Assembly (NCBI GenBank): GCA_965277855.1
Contig: OZ255847.1
Coordinates: 3,312,557 to 3,376,556 of the forward strand
Reading direction: 5' to 3'
DNA: 64,000 nt
Source of the DNA: Bryobacteraceae bacterium
GTDB lineage: Bacteria; Acidobacteriota; Terriglobia; Bryobacterales; Bryobacteraceae
In this document: positions 36,099 through 48,785 of the stretch, in pieces
Layout of the letters: every line of letters begins with the position of its first letter
Numbering within the stretch: position 1 is the first letter of the stretch
The notes under the pieces: model-generated
Databases searched by the model: none
What the model was told of the DNA's origin: nothing
The model's input: the letters and a program-made list of their open reading frames with translations, nothing else
Translations under genes and position numbers: made by a program

Positions 36099-37118
36099 TC
36101 AGATGCCGCGTTGCGGACGGTAGCCCGGACGGGCGCGGACCTTGTATTTGCGCATCGCTTCGTCGGTAAGTTCGATGTGGATTTTGCGAAAACCTTCGTT
36201 CGCATTCGGTTGCGGATAGTACGTCACCACATAGCTGTTGCCGAGATCCTCGCGAATCGACTCGAACGCTTCGACCTGCTTTTGCCAGGTTTTCGCGAAG
36301 TAAGTCTTGCCGCCGGTGTTGGTGGAGATGCGCTTGAAGATGGTGCTCGATATGGGATCTTTGTTCACTTCGTTCGTCGAAATGACATAGATTGGAATGC
36401 CTTCGTCTTCTGCCACCGCGCGCACATCGTCCGGCGCAACCATGCTGGCGTTGTCCGGGCCATTGGAGAACACGATGACGACTTTCCTCCCTGAGACCTT
36501 GGCGGCATCGCGCAGAGTCAACAGCAAGCAGTTGTAGAGAGCCGAATCGTCACCGGCAACGGCTTTGCGCAATCCGGAGATGGCGCTAGTGCGATCCCGA
36601 TCGAGCGGCACGGCGCGGTTCAGATTGCGGCTATAGGTATAAACTGCCACCGAATCCGCACGGTCGAGGCCGCGAATAAAGTCGGCAATCGCATCGGAGG
36701 CGTAGACGAAGCCGCGATACATGTAATTGCTGGTGTCAAACAAGACGAAGACATTCGCGCCCGCGGCGTTGGAGCGAAGATCTACGGCGTTACCGCTGGG
36801 CAGGCTAGCGGACTCAGCAGCCGCCGGCGCGTTACGCATGGCCCGCAGATCGCCATTCTCGAGCACCTGCATCGGGGCGTGGTTTCCTTCGGCAAAGGTA
36901 TTCAGTTTTTCGCCGATGTCGTCTTCGTACACCTTGAAATCTTTCGGTTTCAGGCCGTTCACGTATTTGCCCTTGTTATCCACTACGGTAAAGCTGAGCA
37001 CCACGAGGTCGACTTTGACGTGGAAGGTGGTCTGATCGCCCTGATCGGCGCGCATCCAAAGACTAGCGCCCAAGACAGCTAGGGTAAGCAGAGCGGTAAC
37101 GCGAAAAGGTTTGGTCAT
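36099..37118 (-). CDS. secreted VWA-domain protein (VWFA-related acidobacterial type)
   Basis: Counted from the ATG at 37118, which lies 5 nt after the stop of the upstream 1126-aa gene. Signal peptide MTKPFRVTALLTLAVLGASLW. The VFVLFDTSNYM...VIVFSNGPDN pattern is consistent with a VWA/MIDAS-like fold. The ORF-track start at 37268 overlaps the upstream gene. Confidence 0.7.
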   Translation of the reverse strand: MTKPFRVTALLTLAVLGASLWMRADQGDQTTFHVKVDLVVLSFTVVDNKGKYVNGLKPKDFKVYEDDIGEKLNTFAEGNHAPMQVLENGDLRAMRNAPAAAESASLPSGNAVDLRSNAAGANVFVLFDTSNYMYRGFVYASDAIADFIRGLDRADSVAVYTYSRNLNRAVPLDRDRTSAISGLRKAVAGDDSALYNCLLLTLRDAAKVSGRKVVIVFSNGPDNASMVAPDDVRAVAEDEGIPIYVISTNEVNKDPISSTIFKRISTNTGGKTYFAKTWQKQVEAFESIREDLGNSYVVTYYPQPNANEGFRKIHIELTDEAMRKYKVRARPGYRPQRGI

Positions 37119-37123
37119 CAGGC

Positions 37124-40100
37124 TTATTCGTTCTCCGGTTTGGCCATGGAAAGCGCAGGATTTTGATGTTCGCGAACTTCTTTTCCGACAGTGTGTAAAG
37201 ACCGCAGAATGGCGGGCCAGTCTTCCAGGTGAGTGGCGAAGATATTTTCGATGGCGGAGCGGTTCCACTCTGGAATATAGGCATCCAGACTATGCACGGG
37301 TACTCCGGCTTCGTCCGCTAGCGCGGCGTAATAGAGATTGTTCGATTCCCAGCTCTCGGCGAGGATGCGGCTTGAGTAGCCCATTAACGTCGGGAAGGTG
37401 CGCAGGTAAAGCAGCCCGGGCCGGTAGGAATGGGTCAAAGTGGGTTTGGGTGTTCCAAAGGCGCTCGATATCACGGCTGGCGAAAGGGCGGGATTGTGGC
37501 TTGCTTCGAGCGCTGCGATTTCGAGCGACGGAGGATCCGGCGCAAGAGTCTTGAGCGTGGGGTCTTCCGAAATTTCGTAGAGCAGGGAAGTGGGAACTTC
37601 AGCGAGAGCGCGATGGAAGTCGCCCGCATGAAGCTCGTCGGCGGTCGCTTCCACTCGTCCGGGTGACTCAAAGCGCCGCATGGACTCAAAAACCTCCGGT
37701 TCCATAGAGGGATTCAGCGCGGTCGAGACCAGCAGATTGCGGCCGCGCTCGAGATGCAGCGCAATCCATCGAAGCTGATCCGGGGATACACTGCGCCAGC
37801 GATTCACCGTAACATCCACGATCATTTGGGGAACCAGATCGGCCCAGATGAGAGCCTGTTCCCGTCGCGGCGTAAGGAAATTCTGTTCGGCCTCCGCCAG
37901 CGCATAGGGCAGCGAGATTAGCGAGCCGGTAAGCCGCCCGCCCGAACTGGCCGGCCAGCCTGATCCTGCGACTTCCGTCGAGCGCCACTCGGCAGGCAGC
38001 CCTTCCGGGCCAATAAAGTCATGGCTGCGAACAAAAACAGGATTGGTGAGCAGGATCTGCGCGCCGGCAGGAGCGTAGTAACAGTACACAAAGCCGACCA
38101 GAGTATCGCGCAACAGCGGAGCGAGAGCTGCGCGCGGATCTTTCTTGTCGGGATTGCGGGCGAGTTCGTTGAGATCGAGTTTGTGCTCCTGGTCGATGTG
38201 CCGTTCGCTCCAGTATCCAATTGTGTAGAAATTCTTTTCCTGGGAAGAGATTGCGCCTTTTACCGATTCCGCCTCGGACAGTCTGCTCAGCTGTTGGTTA
38301 ATAGCTTTCAGCGATTTCTGATCGACCGACTTCTTCAGCAGATGGTCGGAAAGAGCGAAGAGATTGTCAAGTGACACCAAACTCTGCGCATCGAAGATCC
38401 GTAGGAAGTTTTCGGCCGGCGAGGTCAGCGTGCCGCCTTCATTCTGCAAGTGGCCGACCAGTAGTTCAACTAGGCGGTCCTGGCGCGATCCGGTACCCGA
38501 TGACTGCGCTGACGAGAGGAGAAGCTCGACGCCGGAACGGCCCGCCTCAAACAATTCGGCTTCACCGCTCGATTGGCGGAACGGCTCGATCAGCCGGGAG
38601 AAGGTGGCGTCTTGAGCTGCCGGAAGAATGGCATTTTCGCGACAGAGAATGCGCCAGAGTTCAACCAGCGACTGCAGAGTGCCAAGTTCATCGGCTCGCA
38701 AAAGAGCATTGCGAATGCTCTGCGTCTGGCCAAAGAGATCCACGTAATGCTGAATCGAATTTTCACTTAACGATGGAGCATCGGCAAAGACGACGTATTG
38801 TGCGCTGTCGGCCCGGTAGGTGTTCAGAAGACGCGAGACGAGCTGGGGGGAAAGCGGTCGCGCGCGGCCTCGATCGACATCGTTCAAGGTGAGAAACATG
38901 CGCAGTGGTTCGTTCTCAACCGTCTTGCGGCTCAACCCGAAAAGCGCTTCGAGCAGGTCATCGCTGTTGCGCCAGTTGTTCGCCGAGCGCGTCAGCTTAC
39001 CGTCATATTTGCCATGCGGATGTTTGACAAAGAGACTACGCCACACGTCGATATTGCCGGGGATGTGCGGTTCACCATTCGGATCGATGCGGAGAGAACT
39101 AGTCAGCAGCATGAGTTCCGTGCTGGAACGAAAGACCGGGCGTGCGGGACCGGGGCTGGTGACTTTCCCGCGCAGTGCTTCATAGAAGCGTTTGAGATGC
39201 TCGGGCGTCGTCAAATAGGCGGCGGCCGGTCCATCCACCCGCGACAGGGCATCGAAATAGCTGGCCAGCCAGCCATCATCGGTGGCCATCAACTTTTCGA
39301 AAAAAGCCCCGGGGTTATTGGGCGAGGCGCCGGCGAGGGAAGCCCAGGTCTTTGGCGATCCCGGGACAACAGCCACGCCGTTTCTGACCTGGAACATCGC
39401 GCCATAGAAGTCGAGTACGTGGGCGAAGACTTTCAATTTCGCCGCGGACGCTTGCTTGCGCAGCACCTCGGCGGTCGGCCGGTCGAGATGCGAGAGTCCG
39501 AGATACAACCGGCATAGCGAAGGATCGGACAAAAAGGCGTCGACAAAATCGGATCCATTATTGCGTCCGGCTGCCGAGAGCCAGTACTGCGCGTTGTAGA
39601 GTACTGGCACAGCCGTCGGAGTGTAGGGGAGTTCAAACGGGTGATTGCCGCGCAGATCCTGCTCCAAAAGCGTAAGCGGGAACCCGGAATCAACCGTCAG
39701 GAAGGCGCGAGTCGCATTCACCGTCTCGAGTACAATGTCCGCGCCGCAAGTGCCGCGCATGCGATAGCCGAGAATTTTGAGGAGATCGCCAGTCTCCGAA
39801 CTATCGCAATTGGGAATGACGATTTTGCGATCTTTGGTGGCGAGAGCCTGCAGTTCACGCGCCTGGCTGAGATACCGGGTGAGCAGACGCAGATATTCGG
39901 TAGGTTGCAGAAGCTCATTGCCCGAGGCTTCGAACCCGTTTGTCACAATGTTGCGCGCCAGCGCAGGCAGCAGTTCTTCCGGTGAAAGATCCGGAGCGAG
40001 TGCCGCCATACGGGCAAACGACGAAAGCGGGCCGGGAATCAGAACGGTTGAATATACCGAATTTTTGGAGCGCGCGGGTGGCGCGGAAAGTCCCTGACCG

Positions 40101-40504
40101 CCGGCCGATCGAAATTGTTCAAGATCGGTCTTTAGATAGGTAGTCTCGTTGTTTACTACATCGTCGAGTACCGCCTGCCTGAGCGCAATTTGTTTTCTCG
40201 AGGGATCGGTTTCCGCTGCTGCCCAACGCAAATACGCCTGGCGAGCATCGCTGCCTTGGTGCCGCTCCAGAAATTCAGCCAGGGCCTCGACGGCGGCCGG
40301 ATTGCCCGGAGCCGCGGCTTCCTGCTTGAGGAGAGATTGAGCACCCGCCAAATCGCCCGAAGCTTCGTGCTGCGAGACTTCATCCCGCAAATCGGCGGCC
40401 GATTTGGCAGCGTACAGGCAAGTTACGCTTGCGACGGACAACACAATCGGGAAAGCGAAAGCACCGGCACGGGCGCATCTCATTCTCCAGGCGACAAGAG
40501 CCAC
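37124..40504 (-). CDS. 1126-aa secreted protein of unknown function
   Basis: Long uninterrupted ORF with an N-terminal signal-like segment (alternative ATG at 40483: MRCARAGAFAFPIVLSVASVTCLYA). No motif was recognised. It is tightly coupled to the downstream VWA gene. Confidence 0.5.
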   Translation of the reverse strand: MALVAWRMRCARAGAFAFPIVLSVASVTCLYAAKSAADLRDEVSQHEASGDLAGAQSLLKQEAAAPGNPAAVEALAEFLERHQGSDARQAYLRWAAAETDPSRKQIALRQAVLDDVVNNETTYLKTDLEQFRSAGGQGLSAPPARSKNSVYSTVLIPGPLSSFARMAALAPDLSPEELLPALARNIVTNGFEASGNELLQPTEYLRLLTRYLSQARELQALATKDRKIVIPNCDSSETGDLLKILGYRMRGTCGADIVLETVNATRAFLTVDSGFPLTLLEQDLRGNHPFELPYTPTAVPVLYNAQYWLSAAGRNNGSDFVDAFLSDPSLCRLYLGLSHLDRPTAEVLRKQASAAKLKVFAHVLDFYGAMFQVRNGVAVVPGSPKTWASLAGASPNNPGAFFEKLMATDDGWLASYFDALSRVDGPAAAYLTTPEHLKRFYEALRGKVTSPGPARPVFRSSTELMLLTSSLRIDPNGEPHIPGNIDVWRSLFVKHPHGKYDGKLTRSANNWRNSDDLLEALFGLSRKTVENEPLRMFLTLNDVDRGRARPLSPQLVSRLLNTYRADSAQYVVFADAPSLSENSIQHYVDLFGQTQSIRNALLRADELGTLQSLVELWRILCRENAILPAAQDATFSRLIEPFRQSSGEAELFEAGRSGVELLLSSAQSSGTGSRQDRLVELLVGHLQNEGGTLTSPAENFLRIFDAQSLVSLDNLFALSDHLLKKSVDQKSLKAINQQLSRLSEAESVKGAISSQEKNFYTIGYWSERHIDQEHKLDLNELARNPDKKDPRAALAPLLRDTLVGFVYCYYAPAGAQILLTNPVFVRSHDFIGPEGLPAEWRSTEVAGSGWPASSGGRLTGSLISLPYALAEAEQNFLTPRREQALIWADLVPQMIVDVTVNRWRSVSPDQLRWIALHLERGRNLLVSTALNPSMEPEVFESMRRFESPGRVEATADELHAGDFHRALAEVPTSLLYEISEDPTLKTLAPDPPSLEIAALEASHNPALSPAVISSAFGTPKPTLTHSYRPGLLYLRTFPTLMGYSSRILAESWESNNLYYAALADEAGVPVHSLDAYIPEWNRSAIENIFATHLEDWPAILRSLHTVGKEVREHQNPALSMAKPENE

Positions 40505-40650
40505 AGCGTTATTCCCCCAGTTTAGGTTTCTTACTTTACCACTTACGAACCGAGCCGAGCGTTCGGATTTCGATAAGTCACTCTAATGAGAACACAGTAC
40601 TTCCCGCCCTTGCGCTCAACCGCGATTTTTGAGATGCAGCGGGACGAGGA

Positions 40651-40674
40651 ACGGCTTAGAAACTTGTAAGCCGT
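40651..40674 (-). terminator. 8-bp stem hairpin (acggctta-N8-taagccgt) downstream of the CarboxypepD_reg-like gene
   Basis: Read from the sequence. There is no clear U-tract, so it is only a weak intrinsic-terminator candidate. Confidence 0.3.
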
Positions 40675-40828
40675 CCGTTGATTTCGATAGCGGTCCTGCA
40701 CCCTGATAGCGCCGTCAGAGCCGCGAGCGTAGCGACCGGTGTATTACGCCAATGACCGGCACAGCTTACCAGAAAGCGAACCTGCGCCAAGCTGCGCACG
40801 CTCACCTGCGAACCGGCTTGCTAAAGCC

Positions 40829-42478
40829 TCAAATCCCGAGTTGCCTCCGCAGGCGATCCGTCTCTTCTTTGGGTATCAGTTTCAAATGCACCGTTCTATG
40901 GTCGCTCTCCCGCAAATCCACTTCCACGCCACTCGCCGAGAGCGATTTGAGCACCTCCGGCGACTCCCAAAAATCAAAATCGCCCTCCTGCGTCGCTACC
41001 GCCAGATACTTGCCGGGTCGTAGCCTCTCTACCGAAAAATGCAGATACTGATCCACTTCTCCCGGCACCACCCGACCTGCTCCCGAGCCGTTCCCCTCTT
41101 CCGAAATCAGCAGCACCCGCACAGCGCGCTTCGACTTCCTGTCGCCTGTCACCTCAACGTCTCCACTCGTCCCCGCCACCTTCTTGCTGTATGTCAATTG
41201 CAGATCGAGCACCGCGCCTTCCGCAACCGGGATGGCGTCCCAAGGCAAATACTCGTTTCCCGACTGCACGGATTTCAAATAGGCGTCCGTCGCGTTATTA
41301 AACAGAATCTCGTAAGTACCAGGGGCCACATCATCGAATACATAAAAGCCGTTGTGCTTCTCGAACTCCGATCCGCTAGACCCATTCTTCTCTAATGCCG
41401 ACAGTAGAACTGCCCCTTGCGGAACCGTTCGCTCGTCCTCCATCGCGACTCGCACTCGCACTCTGGCGGGCGTAAAAGGCACGATCGAAATACCCGCGAG
41501 ATCTTGTTGGCCTAGTTTGATGTCCGCTCCGCCCACTATGCGAACCGTGCCCTTGCTATGGTCGAGCAACGTCAGTCGGTGAGTTCCCGGCGTCAAGTCC
41601 TCCAAAGCAAACTCACCGTCACTTTGGATTTTGACCGAAGGCGAAACTGGTTCGACCTCTTCCTGGGATGAGGTTATTGTCAGCGAATACTTTGAATATG
41701 AACCGGTCGCAACCGCAATCCTTCCGCTTACCCGTAGTAACGGTCCGCGTTGCACGTGAATGTCGATATCGGGAAGTTCCTGGCCGCTCCCCATGCGAAT
41801 CGGTTGCGCTTCGGCCAGTCGCAGCACGCCCGGATAAAAGGTTTTCAGATCATGTAACTTGCTGGGATGTCCGTCCTGGTCAACGTGAACCTGCCGCCCG
41901 CCGGCGACAGTGGTTTGCTGTTCCGTACTGACGTAGTAAATTCCAGGCAACATCCCCTCGAAGCGATATTCGCCCGCCAAGTCGGTGGTGGTGTCATCCG
42001 CCGGCCGGTTCGGCTCGCTATTCCGCTTCCGGCGCTTCGTCCACAAAGTCACTTGCCGCCCCGATACCGGCTCCCCATCCGCATCGAGCACGCGCCCGCT
42101 GATTGTTCCTGCCGGCCACAGCTTTAAGGTCAAGTCCGGCAAGCGAGCACCTGCCCGGATCGTCAACAGCGAGGGTGGGTCATCTGCCTCAATCTCGCCG
42201 TACCCGCCAGCCAGAAACCCCGTCTTGTCGGCCGTCAGCTTGTAATTTCCCGGCGCAACCCCCGCGAACCGAAACACGCCTTGCGCATCAGTAGAAGCCA
42301 CCAATTCGAAGGTTTGGGCACCTTCATACGAACCGAGCGTCACCTCCGCCTTGGCCAAAGGTTCGCCGGTCGACGCATTTACGACGCGTCCTTCCACTAA
42401 AGTCAGCTTGGCGTCCTCTAATCCGCCCTGCTGACCTGCTCCGACCGATACCAATAGAATGCCGATCAACCAACGCAT
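40829..42478 (-). CDS. secreted carboxypeptidase-regulatory-like (CarboxypepD_reg) repeat protein
   Basis: 549 aa with signal peptide MRWLIGILLVSVGAG. It has repeated units of the type G.V.D..G.P...A.V.L / GxYxL (GRVVNASTGEPLAKAEVTL, GRVLDADGEPVSGRQVTLW, PGNYKLTA, PGIYYVS, PGTYEILF). Confidence 0.65.
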   Translation of the reverse strand: MRWLIGILLVSVGAGQQGGLEDAKLTLVEGRVVNASTGEPLAKAEVTLGSYEGAQTFELVASTDAQGVFRFAGVAPGNYKLTADKTGFLAGGYGEIEADDPPSLLTIRAGARLPDLTLKLWPAGTISGRVLDADGEPVSGRQVTLWTKRRKRNSEPNRPADDTTTDLAGEYRFEGMLPGIYYVSTEQQTTVAGGRQVHVDQDGHPSKLHDLKTFYPGVLRLAEAQPIRMGSGQELPDIDIHVQRGPLLRVSGRIAVATGSYSKYSLTITSSQEEVEPVSPSVKIQSDGEFALEDLTPGTHRLTLLDHSKGTVRIVGGADIKLGQQDLAGISIVPFTPARVRVRVAMEDERTVPQGAVLLSALEKNGSSGSEFEKHNGFYVFDDVAPGTYEILFNNATDAYLKSVQSGNEYLPWDAIPVAEGAVLDLQLTYSKKVAGTSGDVEVTGDRKSKRAVRVLLISEEGNGSGAGRVVPGEVDQYLHFSVERLRPGKYLAVATQEGDFDFWESPEVLKSLSASGVEVDLRESDHRTVHLKLIPKEETDRLRRQLGI

Positions 42479-42693
42479 TTCTCAAGTAAACGCCGTTGCA
42501 ACCAATTTGGTTTCACCTGCCTGCCTGCCGGGATTGCTCCTCCCAAGTCTCATAAGCAGCCACCCGCACGTCCCGTTTCGGCTTCCCCTCAGGCCACTCG
42601 ACTCTTTGCCAACACAGTATGCTACATAAAGCATAGGGACTGCAGCACAAGAATGGTGATCCTTTCCGCTAAATAACGGAGAATTGGCACTCC

Positions 42694-43344
42694 TTGACAC
42701 AAGTGGGTCGAATAGTCTCGTGCATCGCTGGGCTCGCTTGCTCGACCGCGTGCGCAAGGCATCCACCCCCGAACTCAAACTGCCAATGGCCGAATGAGAC
42801 CCATGCAAAGGCCCTGAAGCTGGGCCAAAACTCAGACAGACAGCATCTCAGCGGCGCGCGTGCGAGGGACACCTGCATGGCGGCTCTGTTTCAGGTGATT
42901 GCAAGTGTTCACAACGTATCGCCGGAGGACGTTCACCGATCTCTCGGGCATCGTCGAGTTTCTTTCGATTTAGCCGTTATCCTGTCGTTTGCCGTCCTTT
43001 ACGGATGCGGTGCAAGCCTTCTCGTTCGCTGGCTCTATCGAATTTACGGAACCAGGGAGGAATTAACGACAGTGGTGATAATGACGGTCGTCGCCTCGCT
43101 TATCGCCAGCACCGTCGGCGTAATGTTCGGTGAGGTGTGGTCCGAAATTTTGGAAGCACTTCGAATCGGCAACGGGCATATGAGTTATCGAGCGACACGG
43201 ATCCCGTGGACCCAACATCGCCTTGGCTTTTTTGTGGCAGGTATCGTCGCGTTTCTATTGATAGCGGTGGTGTATCGTCGTCGAGCCACGACAGCGATTT
43301 CACGGCCTCGCCCTCTGACTTCTGCGTTCACATTCGACAAATAG
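42694..43344 (+). CDS. hypothetical membrane protein
   Basis: 216 aa from a TTG start (alternative ATG at 42877). The C-terminal half has three hydrophobic helices. No motif was recognised and the start is uncertain. Confidence 0.35.
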   Translation: MTQVGRIVSCIAGLACSTACARHPPPNSNCQWPNETHAKALKLGQNSDRQHLSGARARDTCMAALFQVIASVHNVSPEDVHRSLGHRRVSFDLAVILSFAVLYGCGASLLVRWLYRIYGTREELTTVVIMTVVASLIASTVGVMFGEVWSEILEALRIGNGHMSYRATRIPWTQHRLGFFVAGIVAFLLIAVVYRRRATTAISRPRPLTSAFTFDK

Positions 43345-43458
43345 CGGCCGAGGATCCAGCGCACATGTTCGGCTACCCGGGCGTCGCCGGCCAATTTCTC
43401 CTTTGGCAATTATTTAAAGAAGGATGCCACTGCATACGCCTGGGAAGTAAGCACCTAC

Positions 43459-43821
43459 TTAAGTTGCGCGGCGCAGGCCCTGGCTGATCATTTCTTTGAG
43501 CAAGGTCTGATAACCGATCCCGGCTTCAGCGGCGATTTTCTTCGCCCGTGCGATCTCTGAGACTGGAATACGCAGCGACACTGCTTTTGTTTGCTTCGAT
43601 TGCACGCGGGCGACCAATTCGGCCAATACAGCCGGATCGGTTCTTTGGACCTCTCCTCCTGGCATCACTTTCAAAGTCCCTCGTTTCTTCCCGTCATCGA
43701 AGAGCTCTTCAGCGTATCTTCGACCATCTGGGCTGGCGTACCAAGCGGCTTCTTCTGACTCGGTTTTAAAATTGGGCTGTTTGATTGTCTTCCCGATAGT
43801 TTTATTTGATTTGCGGGGCAT
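43459..43821 (-). CDS. brnA: BrnA-like antitoxin (CopG/RHH C-terminus)
   Basis: 120 aa. FKTESEEAAWYASPDG... at the N-terminus and KAVSLRIPVSEIARAKKIAAEAGIGYQTLLKEMISQGL at the C-terminus are typical of BrnA-family antitoxins. Confidence 0.7.
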   Translation of the reverse strand: MPRKSNKTIGKTIKQPNFKTESEEAAWYASPDGRRYAEELFDDGKKRGTLKVMPGGEVQRTDPAVLAELVARVQSKQTKAVSLRIPVSEIARAKKIAAEAGIGYQTLLKEMISQGLRRAT

Positions 43822-44066
43822 ATTTTCTCCTCAGTGAAGGTTCAGTGCTGTAGGCCGTAATCGGTCGGCGACGGCCATCGCGCAGCATGAAGAAGACGGT
43901 CGGATACCGGCCAGCAGTGGTTATTCCGTAAGCCACTGAGCGTTACTCTCCGTGAATCGTCTTCGCTCGCCTGGTCACGTCAATCGAATACTCCTTCCAC
44001 TTCTTCAGGCGAGACATTGTGCTGGGCGATGTGCTCCAGGCTCCATTCGTCCCACTCGAATTCCAT
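43802..44066 (-). pseudogene. brnT: BrnT-like toxin remnant (frameshift plus in-frame stop)
   Basis: My own translation. The ATG at 44066 gives MEFEWDEWSLEHIAQHNVSPEEVEGVFD, then a TGA at 43980-43982. A second frame gives IDVTRRAKTIHGE, then a TAA at 43943-43945, then RSVAYGITTAGRYPTVFFMLRDGRRRPITAYSTEPSLRRKY, and ends overlapping the brnA start. The pattern (FEWDE...VF.D ... E.R..A.G.T..GR...VVF..R....RPITA) is BrnT-like. Confidence 0.6.
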
Positions 44067-44197
44067 ACCATAAGTATATACATATTGCACACATCGGCAA
44101 AATAAAGAGCAAGGTATGAACCCCGTCGAAGCCATTTTTGTTTTAATTTCCCCCGCCCGTTGGGATTGCCCAACCCCAATGAGAAACTAAGAGTTTC

Positions 44198-46825
<2,628 letters not shown>

Positions 46826-46846
46826 GACATCTATTAACAGGGAGGT

Positions 46847-47845
46847 TTGGTGGAGCAATTTGATGTAGCGATCGTAGGCGCCGGACCAACCGGGCTCGCG
46901 TGCGGGATTGAATTGCAGAAGCGTGGCTTGCGGCCTGTGTTGTTCGACAAGGGCTGCGTGGTGAATTCGATTTACCAGTACCCGATTAACCTTGTGTTCT
47001 TCACCACGCCCGAATTGCTTGAAATCGGCGACATTCCCATGACGTCGCTCAACGAAAAACCGGGCCGCACCGAAGCCTTGAAATACTATCGCCGGGTGGC
47101 CGACCATTACCAACTCGATGTCCACCAATACGAAAAGGTGCTGGGCTTCGACGGCAGCGACACCAATTTTTCGATTCGCACGCAAACCAGTTTGGGCGAT
47201 CGCCATTGCTATAGCGCGCGTAAAATTATTCTGGCCAGCGGCTACTACGATATCCCCAACAAGCTCGACATTCCAGGCGAGCACTTAGACAAAGTAATTC
47301 ACTATTATCGCGAGGCGCATCCCTATTACAACCAGGACATTGTAATTATCGGCGCTAAAAACTCGGCGTGTATCTCGGCGCTGGAACTCTTTTGGACCGG
47401 CGCGCGGGTCACCATGGTGATTCGCGGGGACCGGATTTCACATAACGTGAAGTATTGGATTAAGCCGAACATTGAAAATCGCATCAAAAGCGGCGAAATC
47501 CAGGCATTCTTTCACAGCACCGTAAGAGAGATCCGTCCGCATGACGTGGTGCTCGATACGCCGGAGGGAGAAGTACTCCTCAAGAACGACTTTGTGTTCG
47601 CTATGACCGGCTATCGCCCTGATTTCGAGTTCATGGCAGAGCATGGCATTCATCTCGATCCCGCGACTTCGAAACCAATTACCAATCCGGCAACTCTCGA
47701 GAGCGAACGCGCAGGTGTCTATCTCGCCGGCGTGATTGTAGCGGGCACTCACACGAATGAAATATTCATTGAGAATGGCCGTTTTCACGGAAAAGTAATC
47801 GCAGAAGCGATCGAGAAAAATTTGGCTCTTTCAAAAGCATCCTAA
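46847..47845 (+). CDS. YpdA-family FAD/NAD(P)-dependent disulfide reductase (putative bacillithiol disulfide reductase)
   Basis: 332 aa. DVAIVGAGPTGLACGIELQKRGL...NSIYQYPINLVFFTTPELLEIGDIPM is the YpdA-family N-terminal pattern. A second dinucleotide motif, IIGAKNSA, is present. The start may be the GTG at 46850. Confidence 0.75.
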   Translation: MVEQFDVAIVGAGPTGLACGIELQKRGLRPVLFDKGCVVNSIYQYPINLVFFTTPELLEIGDIPMTSLNEKPGRTEALKYYRRVADHYQLDVHQYEKVLGFDGSDTNFSIRTQTSLGDRHCYSARKIILASGYYDIPNKLDIPGEHLDKVIHYYREAHPYYNQDIVIIGAKNSACISALELFWTGARVTMVIRGDRISHNVKYWIKPNIENRIKSGEIQAFFHSTVREIRPHDVVLDTPEGEVLLKNDFVFAMTGYRPDFEFMAEHGIHLDPATSKPITNPATLESERAGVYLAGVIVAGTHTNEIFIENGRFHGKVIAEAIEKNLALSKAS

Positions 47846-47872
47846 GCCCTGTTTTCGTTGTATGATCTTCGC

Positions 47873-48523
47873 ATGTCGCTAAAAGCAAGCACAGGCCGCG
47901 ATGCTGCGCCACTAGACGAAAGAGGAACTTCAGCGGACTTGGGCCGAGCGCACAGCCGGTTTGGGGCGTCGGGCGCGATTCCAAGAGAGGGCGCGTCCGT
48001 TGTGCGCGCGAATTCATTAAAAGAACGGTTTACTCCCGAAGACTGGTCCGTTATCACGCTCGCTCCTCACATGGTGGCCACCGCCGTGATGATGGCGAGC
48101 TTTAGTGGTCTGGGCGGAACGGCGAAGGAAGCTTTTTCGCTGGCGCAATCCCTCTCACAAGGTATGGCCGGATCAGACCCTTTGATAAAGGAAGTCTCCT
48201 CACGCGAAGAACTTTCCACTGCTCAGGCCACCTTGCGGACCAAAACCGGCGCTTTAACAGGTGGCGACTTCAAACAGCAGTTGAACACCATGGCTGTCGA
48301 GAGCGCCCGGCACGCCACGGAAATTCTGGCGCAGCAGGTGCCGGACGAAGTGGCTCCGTTCAAACAATGGTTGATGGATACCGCCTATGCGGTGGCAAAT
48401 GCTTCCAAAGAAGGCGATTTCTTCGGCATCGGCGGACAGCGCATCAGCGACGGTGAACGCGAAACGCTCACGCAGCTTTCTGACGCCCTTGGTGTTCAAC
48501 CCAAAATTGCAACCGCTTCGTAG
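47873..48523 (+). CDS. hypothetical protein
   Basis: About 216 aa counted from the ATG at 47873 (ORF-track TTG at 47858). It looks helical, with a GGQRISDGERETLTQLSDALG segment reminiscent of TerB-like repeats. This is a weak call. Confidence 0.4.
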   Translation: MSLKASTGRDAAPLDERGTSADLGRAHSRFGASGAIPREGASVVRANSLKERFTPEDWSVITLAPHMVATAVMMASFSGLGGTAKEAFSLAQSLSQGMAGSDPLIKEVSSREELSTAQATLRTKTGALTGGDFKQQLNTMAVESARHATEILAQQVPDEVAPFKQWLMDTAYAVANASKEGDFFGIGGQRISDGERETLTQLSDALGVQPKIATAS

Positions 48524-48548
48524 GGTAGCTTTATAGACTGCTAAAAAG

Positions 48549-48613
48549 TGTTGGCCGCTGATAAACGCCGATTAAGAAAAAACGTTTTATCTGCGTTGAT
48601 CCGCGTTGTTCTC
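48549..48613. repeat. REP-like element, copy B (degenerate)
   Basis: It shares gt.ttggccg...ctgataaacgccgatt.a.aa.aa..ttttatc.gcgttgatccg.gtt with copy A (10951-11030). It lacks the outer cagatgaac / gttcatctgcggc arm ends. Confidence 0.5.
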
Positions 48614-48785
48614 AAAACACCATGCCTGACGGAAAATCTGTCGACGAAACACCGAATCTGAGCGGGAAGCGTGAGCGCCCCGTTCCCCATCCTGCGCAAC
48701 ACCAGTTTTCATCCCCCAGGGTGGCCGAAGGCCATCAGAGGTTCATCGGCGGCAATGTTTAGTTTGCTTTGGGAGAGGCTAGCCC

